Shown piece by piece: positions 11,498 through 20,493 of a stretch of 64,000 nt of DNA. This stretch comes from an uncultured Prevotellaceae bacterium (GTDB lineage Bacteria; Bacteroidota; Bacteroidia; Bacteroidales; Bacteroidaceae): positions 3,543 through 67,542 of the forward strand of contig CAMOTI010000155.1 in the NCBI GenBank assembly GCA_946625675.1, written 5' to 3'. Under the pieces are notes generated by a model that was not told the DNA's origin, ran no database searches, and was given only the letters and a program-made list of their open reading frames with translations. Both the position numbers and the translations under genes were made by a program. How positions within the stretch are numbered: the first letter of the stretch is position 1; each line of letters starts with the position of its first letter.

Positions 11498-12457
11498 TTA
11501 GTTCCACGACCAAGCGTCCGGGTTGTAGTCTTTCTCCACGTTGTCCTCCAGTTTGTCGGTCAAGTTGCAGAAGAAGTCGATATCTGTGAATTTCTCCAGC
11601 TCGTCTATGGACATGGCGTGCTGCTTCATCTGCTGCATGGATGGGTAAGTTGCTGCGTAGCTTCCGTGCTGCTCCAGCAGGAATCCGATGGACTGGTAGG
11701 TGTTGTTCTTGGTTTCGGCAAGGATGGCCATGAAGTAATATTTCGGAACCGCCACCTTCACCGCGTCCCCTTTCACATTGGTCGTCTCGAAATAGCCTTT
11801 GCCCTGGAATCGCTGGCCCTCCTTGATGGTTCCGCCTTTGCAGACGTAGAGCTTCTTGAAGGTGGACGACTTGCTCCAGTTGCGGATGAGCAGCTCGAGC
11901 TCAGCCCAGTAATAGCTGTTGAAGTTGTAGAGCTGGGGCGACATGTTGCTCATGTAGAAAGTCTGCATGTTGGCCTGGGTGGAGTAGAGACGGTCGGCCG
12001 ACGCGCAGAGGTGTCCGCGGGTGTAGCCGCTGCCGCTGTAGGAGGTGGGGGCCAGCTGGCAGGCTGACGGCAGGTTCACGTCGGCACTCCATGCGTCGCT
12101 GCGGCTGCCGCTGCCCACTTTCGTCGTGTCGTCGAAGGTGAAGGCGACCCACCGGCTGTGGCACCATGCCGAGTCGTACTCGAAGCAGTAGTTCATGACG
12201 GTCTTGCTGGCCAGGTCGTTCATCTTCGCCCAGTGGGAGACGAACCGCAGGCCTTTCCCGGTCCTTACGTGTGGCACTTCCAGGCGCATCACGTCGCTGT
12301 TTGTCGCCCTAAGCGCTAAGTTGCTGTTTTTGTTCGACTTGTCTGTCACTTCTGTCGTGCTCTCTCCGTCTCCGTTATCGTCGCTACACGATGCAAGCAT
12401 GCCCGGCATGAGGATGCCGAGCATGACAAGCAGTATCAGATAATATAGCTTATTCAT
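11498..12457 (-). CDS. DNA/RNA non-specific endonuclease (NUC, beta-beta-alpha-Me), lipoprotein
   Basis: Lipobox MLASC. Active-site region GYTRGHLCASADR, then NMSPQ. Both are typical of the Endonuclease_NS family. Confidence 0.85.
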   Translation of the reverse strand: MNKLYYLILLVMLGILMPGMLASCSDDNGDGESTTEVTDKSNKNSNLALRATNSDVMRLEVPHVRTGKGLRFVSHWAKMNDLASKTVMNYCFEYDSAWCHSRWVAFTFDDTTKVGSGSRSDAWSADVNLPSACQLAPTSYSGSGYTRGHLCASADRLYSTQANMQTFYMSNMSPQLYNFNSYYWAELELLIRNWSKSSTFKKLYVCKGGTIKEGQRFQGKGYFETTNVKGDAVKVAVPKYYFMAILAETKNNTYQSIGFLLEQHGSYAATYPSMQQMKQHAMSIDELEKFTDIDFFCNLTDKLEDNVEKDYNPDAWSWN

Positions 12458-12466
12458 TGTTGTGGG

Positions 12467-14665
12467 TTATCGTCTTTTCGCAGTTGGGGTGCCAAAGGTA
12501 TGTCCTTCCCATTCTGCGTATGATGGACTCTTGATACCGCAGACACCGAAATATTTCTCAATGGAACCGTAAATAATTACCTTCTTTCCAAGTGGTGCTC
12601 CCTGGTTGATGAAAAGGCTTAGACCATCGAAAACTGTTTCTCCTTTTATTTTTGTAGGTAAACATTTTTTGTAGTCGCTCTCTTGTGGATTATCAGAAAT
12701 GAGGATTACTGCTTCCTGTTCTTCCGGAACTCCAAAGGTTGCTGAATTCTCATTGAGGTTATTTCCCTTTATGTATCCCACAATATAACCACTTACATAG
12801 GCTTTAGTTTTTGCATCTGGATTATTAGTGAAAATTGCCTGTGCGTCAGCTACGGTATAAGGATAGTGCAACGTTCCGTCGCCTTCTGTGTCCGTCGGAG
12901 AGGGTGTGGGGGTATCGCCGCCGCCTTCGCCTCCGCTGGTCGATCCGTTGAGTGAGTAGAGATATGCCTCCTTTTGTGAGGTCTCGGGCGTGTTGCCACG
13001 GAAGTTCATCAGCTTGCCGCAGAACACCACCTCGTCGCCTACTTTTGGCATCGTGCCCTCTGTGTAGGGCTGGTTGCCGAAGTACAGTGCGCGGTAAATC
13101 TGGAACTGGTTGGTGGTGGTTCCGTCGTCGGAGATGTAGCAGGTGATATTACCAAAGTATTCTCCTGTGTTACTGTTTACACTGTTGTAGTTCTCCTTGA
13201 TGCTCACCACTTTACCTTTCACGTATACGTCCTTGTCGGTCTTGGCGTCTGATGCCAGGGCATTACATACCTTGATGGCTGCCACGCAGTTGTAAGGGCT
13301 GTTGGCGGTTCCGTCGCCGGTGGCCTCACCGGATGGCTCTTCGTTACCGCTGCCTTCCACCACCTTACCGTTCAGTGAGTATAGGTAAGCTTCCCTCTGA
13401 ACAGTTTCCAGAGTGGTTCCGTAGTTGTTGACGAATTTCGTCACTTTACCGCAGATAATTACGTCGTCTCCAACCTTCAACAACTCACCGTCTCCGTCAT
13501 ACTCCTTGTTTCCAAGGTAGAGTGCACGATAAATATAGAACTGTCCGTCGGCAGATCCGTCATCTGAGATGTAGTAGGTTGCGTTACCATAATATTGTCC
13601 GTTTTGATTCTTGGAATCGTAGTTCTCCTTGATGGAGGACACTTTACCCTTGATATATACAACATCGGAACTTTTATTGTCTTCCAAGCTGTTGGCGAAT
13701 TGGTTGGCAGCTACGCTGTTGTAAGGATTTTCCTTCGTTCCGTCTCCGGTTGCTTCGCCTGATGTCGGATCGCTTGGTTTTGACTCCTGGCCGTTCAGAT
13801 AAGCCAGCTGGCTGTCTTGCTTAAATTCCTTTGTTGAACCGTATAATGTGAGTTCACCATAAACAATAACCTCGTCGCCCACCTTCAAATCGTCTTTTTT
13901 GGCGAAGTCTGCACCGCCTAAGCCTTTACCGCGGTAAACCTCGAGCTGTCCGGCAGATGTACCGTCGTCTGAGATGTAATAGGTTAGGTTGTGGTATCGG
14001 TTGAATTGTTCGTCGTCTATATCGTCGACTCTTGATACGATACCTTTTACAAAAACTTTTTTACCAGCATAGTCGCCTTTGTCAATAAAGTCGTTTGCGG
14101 CTGAAACGTTATAAGGATCTTCAAACGTACCACTTCCTGTAGGTTCGGCCTGGCTGTCGAACGGACTGCATTTTTGGTCATTGAGTTGAAGAATCCAACT
14201 GCCCTGAGTCACTTCAGCAGTAGAACCGTAAAGTGTGAGCTGTCCCCATACAATCACGTGGTCACCCACTTTCAAATCAGAAGGACTGTTGAAATTGGCA
14301 CCTGCCAGTCCCAATCCACGGTATATTTCCAGTTGCTGGCGAGCCACACCTTCCTCGTCGATGTCGTTTTCGTCAGCGATATAGTAGGTGAGGTTGTGGT
14401 AGCGGTTGAACTGGTCGGCATCGATATCGTCGATTTGAACAACGATACCTTCAACATATACATTTGAGCTGGAATATGTGCCGGCAGAGATAATTTTCAA
14501 CGCGTCGCTCACGGTGTAAGGATTGTCGGATTTTCCTTCACCTTTCATCGTCATGTCAACCTCTTCAGGACTTAAAACATAATAAGGTGACGGAACATCA
14601 TCACAGGCTGTGAAGAATCCAACTGCCAATAGCGGCAGAATCATTGTTAATAATAACTTTTTCAT
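12467..14665 (-). CDS. surface lipoprotein with four tandem OB-like repeats and a conserved C-terminal module
   Basis: Lipobox FFTAC. There are two type-A repeats (NPYTVSDAL...YYIADE...LKVGDHVIVWGQLTLYGST and DPYNVSAAN...YYISDD...LKVGDEVIVYGELTLYGST) and two type-B repeats (NPYNSVAAN... and SPYNCVAAI...). The C-terminal module ends in IEKYFGVCGIKSP. Confidence 0.6.
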   Translation of the reverse strand: MKKLLLTMILPLLAVGFFTACDDVPSPYYVLSPEEVDMTMKGEGKSDNPYTVSDALKIISAGTYSSSNVYVEGIVVQIDDIDADQFNRYHNLTYYIADENDIDEEGVARQQLEIYRGLGLAGANFNSPSDLKVGDHVIVWGQLTLYGSTAEVTQGSWILQLNDQKCSPFDSQAEPTGSGTFEDPYNVSAANDFIDKGDYAGKKVFVKGIVSRVDDIDDEQFNRYHNLTYYISDDGTSAGQLEVYRGKGLGGADFAKKDDLKVGDEVIVYGELTLYGSTKEFKQDSQLAYLNGQESKPSDPTSGEATGDGTKENPYNSVAANQFANSLEDNKSSDVVYIKGKVSSIKENYDSKNQNGQYYGNATYYISDDGSADGQFYIYRALYLGNKEYDGDGELLKVGDDVIICGKVTKFVNNYGTTLETVQREAYLYSLNGKVVEGSGNEEPSGEATGDGTANSPYNCVAAIKVCNALASDAKTDKDVYVKGKVVSIKENYNSVNSNTGEYFGNITCYISDDGTTTNQFQIYRALYFGNQPYTEGTMPKVGDEVVFCGKLMNFRGNTPETSQKEAYLYSLNGSTSGGEGGGDTPTPSPTDTEGDGTLHYPYTVADAQAIFTNNPDAKTKAYVSGYIVGYIKGNNLNENSATFGVPEEQEAVILISDNPQESDYKKCLPTKIKGETVFDGLSLFINQGAPLGKKVIIYGSIEKYFGVCGIKSPSYAEWEGHTFGTPTAKRR

Positions 14666-14728
14666 ATTGTAGATAGTTTTTTGTTTCGTTGTGGTTATTT
14701 ATATTTATCTTGTTTTATCAACGTCTGG

Positions 14729-16099
14729 TTATCGCTTTTTGGCTGGCGCAGTTCCTATTACTGTGTTGCCCCATGCGGCGTAGGTGGGGGATTTGATTCC
14801 ACAAACTCCGAAATACTTTTCTATGGAACCGTAAATCACTACCTTCTCTCCCAGAATGGCTCCTTGGTTTGTGAAAATGTCCAAACCGTTGCGGAAATCT
14901 CCCTTTGGCAGCTGTACGGGCACGCATTTTGTGTAGTCGGTTTCTTCTGGACTGTCTGCAATCAGAATTTCTGTTTCTTGTGTTTCAGGTACACCGAAAG
15001 TGGCAGTTTCAGCATTTAAGCCGGTTCCGTTTACATAGCCCACAACATAGCCCGTAACGTAGGCTTTGGTAGGAGTTTGCCCTGTGCTTTCATACAGTGC
15101 TTGTGTCTTGGTCACATTGTAGGGAGAGTCCATGGTGCCATTACCGTCAGGACTGGTTTCATCCTCATTGTCTGATGGAACAGTATCATCTCCCTCATTG
15201 TCTGACGGCACAGGGTCAATGTGAATAGAAGGTTTGGCATCCTTTTCTTCACGAAGCGTGAACTGCCATGTGTTGCTGTAGCGGGTCAGGACTGCGGTCA
15301 CATCGAGCAAGCCTGTGGGGATATTCTTTGAGGAAAAGTCTGCAAGTGCGCTTTGGCGGAGTATGAATTTCTTTCCGCCAACGTAAATCGTGTCGTTCAC
15401 ACCGTTGCCGGCGTCGCGGTCGTCATACACAGCATAAACTTTACGCTTGTTGAAACCATGAATCTCGGCATCCTGCACTCTGACAAGCATCGGGCACCAT
15501 TTGTGCATCTGGTCATTGGTGTTGTTTTTTTCAAGCCAGGCTCTGTCGATATCGATTGGTGTCACTTCGTAAGCAGTCTCGTCGAAACCGATAATCTCGA
15601 TTGACTTTGTGGCTCTGAACTTGGGCATGCCGCCTAAGCGTTTATTACCGCCGCTGGTGGTGTAGGGGGTGCCGATTTTTGCCAGGTTGCCGTATGAGCC
15701 TATATATAGCCCTTTCAAGTTCACTTTCACATGAGTGCCTACTGGGTAGGTGCACCATAAAGAATTGTCGTTGATTCCTATGGAGATGCAGTCGTCCCCT
15801 TTACGAACGTAGATTGACTGATAGAGATTGCCGCTGATGTCGTTGGCGCATACATAACCGTCAAATATCATGTCTTCGGTTACTTCAATCCAGCGGTTGC
15901 GGTTCGATTCGTCGGCGATGACGCTTTTAAATTGCTCTTTAAGGGCACCAAGCGTCGTTGTGCAGCCTGTGGCTTCTTGGTCGCTGCTGTAAATGTCGTG
16001 AACAACATCTGGCGTGTCGTAGTCGAATTTGTTGCATGAAGGAAGCAATGCTAATGTCAGGGCCAGACCGCATATATGATGGAATTTGATTGTTTTCAT
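14729..16099 (-). CDS. surface lipoprotein with an OB-like core (DUF5689-like from memory) and the same C-terminal module
   Basis: Start chosen at MKTIKF (16099) because it gives a signal peptide and the lipobox LLPSC; the ORF is open to 16147. The C-terminus ...VVIYGSIEKYFGVCGIKSPTYAAW is paralogous to the C-terminus of 12467-14665. Confidence 0.6.
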   Translation of the reverse strand: MKTIKFHHICGLALTLALLPSCNKFDYDTPDVVHDIYSSDQEATGCTTTLGALKEQFKSVIADESNRNRWIEVTEDMIFDGYVCANDISGNLYQSIYVRKGDDCISIGINDNSLWCTYPVGTHVKVNLKGLYIGSYGNLAKIGTPYTTSGGNKRLGGMPKFRATKSIEIIGFDETAYEVTPIDIDRAWLEKNNTNDQMHKWCPMLVRVQDAEIHGFNKRKVYAVYDDRDAGNGVNDTIYVGGKKFILRQSALADFSSKNIPTGLLDVTAVLTRYSNTWQFTLREEKDAKPSIHIDPVPSDNEGDDTVPSDNEDETSPDGNGTMDSPYNVTKTQALYESTGQTPTKAYVTGYVVGYVNGTGLNAETATFGVPETQETEILIADSPEETDYTKCVPVQLPKGDFRNGLDIFTNQGAILGEKVVIYGSIEKYFGVCGIKSPTYAAWGNTVIGTAPAKKR

Positions 16100-16155
16100 C
16101 TTTTCATTCTTTGTTGTTTCATGATAATCTTTTCTTTTCTCACGCACATATCAAA

Positions 16156-18792
16156 TCAGAAGCGCAGACCAATGGTCAGGAATGCGGTAAACGGATAAGC
16201 GTAGGCATATTTCGAGTTGTATGCGAACTGATAGGAGCGGACTTTTCCGGTCTTGTCGAAGTTGTCATTACGGCTCTGTTCCGAACCACGAAGTTTCATG
16301 TTCCGGTTGTTCGTCACGTTGTTGAGGTTCAGGTTCAGGTTCAGTGTACGGCCATGATGCAGACGGAAGGAACGACCGATTGAAAGGTCACACATAATTG
16401 CGCCGTCAAATTTCTCCTGACTCTTCGGACTGTAGCTGAGGATTTCGCCGTTCTCATCTTTCAGAACGCCGCCTTTCATCTTATCTACCGCCCATGAGGC
16501 TTTGCCGTTGGCATCGAAGGTCTTCGACACATCAGGCATCACGTCGGTCAAACGGAGATAAGGTGAGAAATATATATAGGTGCGCCCATAATAGTTGGCA
16601 CGGGCTTCCAGGAACCACCCGTTTACGTTGTAGCGGGCACCAAGGCTGAGGGCTGTCAGCGGGGTACATCCCACTTTCATGCCGTCGGTCACCACTTTCA
16701 GCTTATGATGATGGATAGGATCCCACCAGTGGGGGCTCTGCTCTGCGTCGGACTTGTCGTAGCAAATCACAGCATCAGCGTTGTTTGTGTATTTGGCATC
16801 GGTAATGGACCCTACGAAATCTACTGAGAACTGGGTGGTAAACCGGTATTCAGCGGTCATCTCCAGTCCGTAGTGTCTTTTCTTAATGCCGGTCATTGTC
16901 AGGTAGCTGTACTCCTGCTTGATGTCGTCGAAGAACTGTGATTGCTCTGTAACATCGTCAAATTGGGTGAGGAATCCTTTAAGCTGACCGCGGAGTTTTC
17001 CGAAATTGAATTTATAGGTGGCTTCCGCAAACACGTCGAACTCGTCTTTGAGGTCGAATGCGAAGGCGTTGCGTGTCTGTACGTTCAGGAAACTTACGCT
17101 CGGAGTCGGAGGACGGAACTCAAATCCACCGCTGATATTAAAGAAATGGTGGGCGCCTGCCGATACTCCTATTTGGGCTTTCATTCCTCCACCCATGAAT
17201 TTTGCGGTGCCGCTGCTGCCTTTTGAGTGCTCTGGTGAACGTCCGTTGCGCATCTTGCCGACACGCTCTATCGTTGTTCCGTTCACATTGGCGTTGAATA
17301 CTCCCGATACGTTATTATGGGTAAAGGAGTAGGAACTCCATAACTGGCCCTTGTTCACGTTGATGTGGTAGTTGTAGCCGAATTTGTCACCTTTCTTGAT
17401 GACTCGGCTCGGATGGTCGAGGTCATTCTGTGATTCGTTGCTGTAGGCACCATAATCACTTGAAGCGAAACGGTCAAGGTCGGTGTGGTAAAGGCTTCCG
17501 AGAAGGTCGTTCATCGTCTTATAGAACATACCGGTGGTGTGGTTCAAATTCAAACCGGCGTTCACTGTGCTATAGCGGTCTATGGTGTGCTTAAGGGTGG
17601 AACCAAGATTCCAGGCGAACTGGTCCTGGTGCGACTCCTCTAAGTAATATACAGCCTCACCGCTTCCGTTTTTCACGCTGTTCTGGTTAATCATGTACAT
17701 CTTGTCCCAGTCTATCTGACGGTTATGTTCCGATGCTTTCCAGTAGTCAACATAGCTGCGCCACTCGCTAAACTCCCATTCGTTCGGAGCCACACCGCTA
17801 TACACGTTGAATATGTTGCTCGGCATATAATGGTAGTAGTCTGGACGGGGGTCTGCGGCGTTGTTCGTACGGTTGATATACGTCTGACCGTATTTTGCAT
17901 AACGTAAAATATTGGTTGTGGTCAGCTTTGTCTCTGGGCTGATGTTCCAATCCCAGGTCAGAATGGCTGTCGGCTCCATGGTTTTACGTACTCGTGAGCT
18001 GCGTTTCTTTCCATTTTGATAACCCCAGAACGGGTTGTAGTAGTGGGAATTGGCAAGCCAATAGGCCTCTTCCGTGGTCCAGCTCGATGTGGCCTGTTCG
18101 GTTGGGGCGAAGAGAAGGGAGAGTGAGAGGTTGTGATAGCGGTTGAAGAAACGCTCCGCTCCGAGGTAGACCGCTGCGGCATGCATATAGGTTCCTTTTT
18201 GCTGGCCTTCCTCGCCGTAGCGGATGTTGGCGGCGCCGGCGAAGGCCCACCCGTTCTTGATGCCGGTGGCATGGGCGAACATCAGACGTCCGATGTAGTT
18301 GCGGTTGGTCAGCGCAAGCGACAGACGGGAACCGGTTCGCATCAGGCTCGGACGGATATTCAAGTTGGCACCGCCGCCCAAATCGTAGTAGTTGATGCCA
18401 TTTTGCTCGAATGTGGTGATTCCCTGTTGGTTGCGGGTCACGTCGGACAGGCCGCCGAAGAGCGAGGAGAAGCTGAACTGCCCGCGGATCACGTCGTTCA
18501 CTTGAGCGCCGTTCACTGTCGTCGTACGATAGCGCTGCTCATAGTTGTGAGGACTGTAGTAGGAATGACCAAACCGGAAGTTGGTCTTCGTCAGGTACAG
18601 GTCGTCATTGTAGGATGCCGTGGACGACGCGCTCTGGGTCACCGTGGACTCCTCGTCGAGGTCAAAGTCCGTGATGCCAAATGCCTCTATGTCGTCGTCA
18701 TCATCTGCAGGAATACTGTCGGTGGGGGTCTGGCCCCAGGCCGACAAGCTCAGATACAGAAGCGGCATGATTAACAATTGTCTCTTTTTCAT
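16156..18792 (-). CDS. TonB-dependent receptor-like outer-membrane beta-barrel
   Basis: 878 aa with a signal peptide and an acidic DDDDD stretch. The plug-like region is VNDVIRGQFSFSSLFGGLSDVTRNQ. Long amphipathic beta-strand composition, and the C-terminus ...TIGLRF ends in an aromatic residue. Confidence 0.8.
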   Translation of the reverse strand: MKKRQLLIMPLLYLSLSAWGQTPTDSIPADDDDDIEAFGITDFDLDEESTVTQSASSTASYNDDLYLTKTNFRFGHSYYSPHNYEQRYRTTTVNGAQVNDVIRGQFSFSSLFGGLSDVTRNQQGITTFEQNGINYYDLGGGANLNIRPSLMRTGSRLSLALTNRNYIGRLMFAHATGIKNGWAFAGAANIRYGEEGQQKGTYMHAAAVYLGAERFFNRYHNLSLSLLFAPTEQATSSWTTEEAYWLANSHYYNPFWGYQNGKKRSSRVRKTMEPTAILTWDWNISPETKLTTTNILRYAKYGQTYINRTNNAADPRPDYYHYMPSNIFNVYSGVAPNEWEFSEWRSYVDYWKASEHNRQIDWDKMYMINQNSVKNGSGEAVYYLEESHQDQFAWNLGSTLKHTIDRYSTVNAGLNLNHTTGMFYKTMNDLLGSLYHTDLDRFASSDYGAYSNESQNDLDHPSRVIKKGDKFGYNYHINVNKGQLWSSYSFTHNNVSGVFNANVNGTTIERVGKMRNGRSPEHSKGSSGTAKFMGGGMKAQIGVSAGAHHFFNISGGFEFRPPTPSVSFLNVQTRNAFAFDLKDEFDVFAEATYKFNFGKLRGQLKGFLTQFDDVTEQSQFFDDIKQEYSYLTMTGIKKRHYGLEMTAEYRFTTQFSVDFVGSITDAKYTNNADAVICYDKSDAEQSPHWWDPIHHHKLKVVTDGMKVGCTPLTALSLGARYNVNGWFLEARANYYGRTYIYFSPYLRLTDVMPDVSKTFDANGKASWAVDKMKGGVLKDENGEILSYSPKSQEKFDGAIMCDLSIGRSFRLHHGRTLNLNLNLNNVTNNRNMKLRGSEQSRNDNFDKTGKVRSYQFAYNSKYAYAYPFTAFLTIGLRF

Positions 18793-19136
18793 ATATGTTT
18801 CGATTAGTTAGTATATCCTTGTTTGGTGGTTGCGTCGCTGATTTTCAGACCTTTTGGGCGAAACGGGATTACCGCTGCTGAAAATGCGTAATATGAATTA
18901 TTGCAAATATACAAATAATTTCTTTAGACTTAACAATATTTTCATAAAATTTGAAAATTTTTTCAAAAATTACTTGTTTTCTAAATAATATTTCCGAACT
19001 TTGCATTATTAAGTCAAATTGTGGGTTCGCCACAAGTGCCATTGGCCGTTTTTTCATGGCGACATGAAGCGGGTCAATATAACTCTTACAAAATAACTAA
19101 AAACTGAATTATTCATACTCTAACACCCATACCCCT

Positions 19137-20234
19137 ATGAAAAACTTGAGATATATCATCGTGCTGGCGGCGCTGACGGCTGTGGCCGGACTCCTCTCGT
19201 TCACGCCCAAGCCGGCTGCAAGGCAGATTATTGTGCCTATCGCATTCTATAATCTGGAGAACCTGTTCGACACCATCCACGACGAGGTGTGGGACACCAT
19301 TGACGGTGTGCCCCGGAAAATCGCGGACAAGAACGACTATGAGTACTTGCCTGACGGGACGAATCATTGGAACTCCATGAAATACTGGGCAAAGCAGAAG
19401 AACATGTCGTATGCCCTCTCTCAGCTGGGCATCGACAAGCAGCCTAACGGACCGGCCATCATCGGCGTGTCGGAAATCGAGAACCGACGGGTGCTGGAAG
19501 ACCTCGTGAAGCAGCCGGCGTTGAAAGACCGTGGATACAAGATCATTCATGAGGAGGGGCTTGACCGTCGTGGTGTGGACTGCGCATTCCTCTACAACCC
19601 CCGTATGTTCAAATACCAGCGGCATAAACTCATACCTTATATATATCCCGGCAACGACACCACTCACGCAACACGTGGATTCCTGCTCGCCACGGGCACC
19701 ATCCTGAAAGAGGAGGTGAACGTCATCGTCAACCACTGGCCGTCGCGTTTCTCTGGATCCTTCTACCGCGAGCATGCGGGTAAGCAGGTGCGAGCTATCG
19801 TGGACTCACTGCAGCGGCAGAATCCGGATGCCAAGATCATCATCATGGGCGACATGAACGACGACCCCGACAACAAGTCGATGGCGGAGGCGCTGGGTGC
19901 CAAGCGCAGCGAGAAAGACTGTGGACCTCAGGACCTCTGGAATCCCTGGTGGGATCATCTGCGCAAGCGCGGAGTCGGCACACTCAAGTACGACGGGGCA
20001 TGGAACCTCTTCGACCAGATTGTCTTCACTGCAAACTTCCTCAAGAACGTGAAGAACGACGGATACAAGACACTCGCATACTACACGCATGAGGTGTTCA
20101 ACCGCGACTTCCTCATCCAGCAGGAAGGGGCATACAAAGGCAATCCTCTGCGTACACATGCTGGAGGAACATGGCTAAACGGTTATTCTGACCATTTCCC
20201 CACCATTGTCTATTTTGCTAAAGAAATAGAGTAG
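19137..20234 (+). CDS. endonuclease/exonuclease/phosphatase (EEP) family protein, secreted
   Basis: Signal peptide. EEP motifs FYNLENLFD, IIMGDMNDDP and a C-terminal GYSDHFP. Confidence 0.85.
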   Translation: MKNLRYIIVLAALTAVAGLLSFTPKPAARQIIVPIAFYNLENLFDTIHDEVWDTIDGVPRKIADKNDYEYLPDGTNHWNSMKYWAKQKNMSYALSQLGIDKQPNGPAIIGVSEIENRRVLEDLVKQPALKDRGYKIIHEEGLDRRGVDCAFLYNPRMFKYQRHKLIPYIYPGNDTTHATRGFLLATGTILKEEVNVIVNHWPSRFSGSFYREHAGKQVRAIVDSLQRQNPDAKIIIMGDMNDDPDNKSMAEALGAKRSEKDCGPQDLWNPWWDHLRKRGVGTLKYDGAWNLFDQIVFTANFLKNVKNDGYKTLAYYTHEVFNRDFLIQQEGAYKGNPLRTHAGGTWLNGYSDHFPTIVYFAKEIE

Positions 20235-20310
20235 GGTTACTTACAAACCCGTAATAAACCCCATTACTGGAACATCTCCAATCTCCACCCTCGCATGAAC
20301 CGCAGGTGAT

Positions 20311-20335
20311 GTAGAGACTCCCCGTGGGGTGTCTA
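20311..20335 (+). repeat. GTAGAGAC-hairpin family, copy 1
   Basis: gtagagactccccgtggggtgtcta (one mismatch in the stem). It lies 77 nt after the EEP gene stop. Confidence 0.75.
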
Positions 20336-20398
20336 AAACGAAACCGTACATAACCTTTAACAGAAACCTCTGGACCGTAAGCAAGAAAGCAGGATAAA

Positions 20399-20454
20399 CT
20401 TCTTGTCTTCTCGTCTTCTCGTCTTCTTTTATTCTCGTTTTCTTGTCTTCTCTT
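20399..20454. repeat. degenerate 8-bp word array (CTTCTYGT) upstream of the 879-aa protein gene
   Basis: cttcttgt|cttctcgt|cttctcgt|cttctttta|ttctcgttt|tcttgt|cttctctt. Confidence 0.8.
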
Positions 20455-20493
20455 AAAACATTATCTACTAATTAATTTATAACTCTCTCTATT

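Noticed and set aside
18869-19057. 62-aa ORF in the divergent control region between the TonB barrel gene and the EEP gene
   Set aside because: It is an AT-rich, low-complexity, K/I/F-rich peptide lying in what is most likely the shared promoter region. There is no supporting motif.
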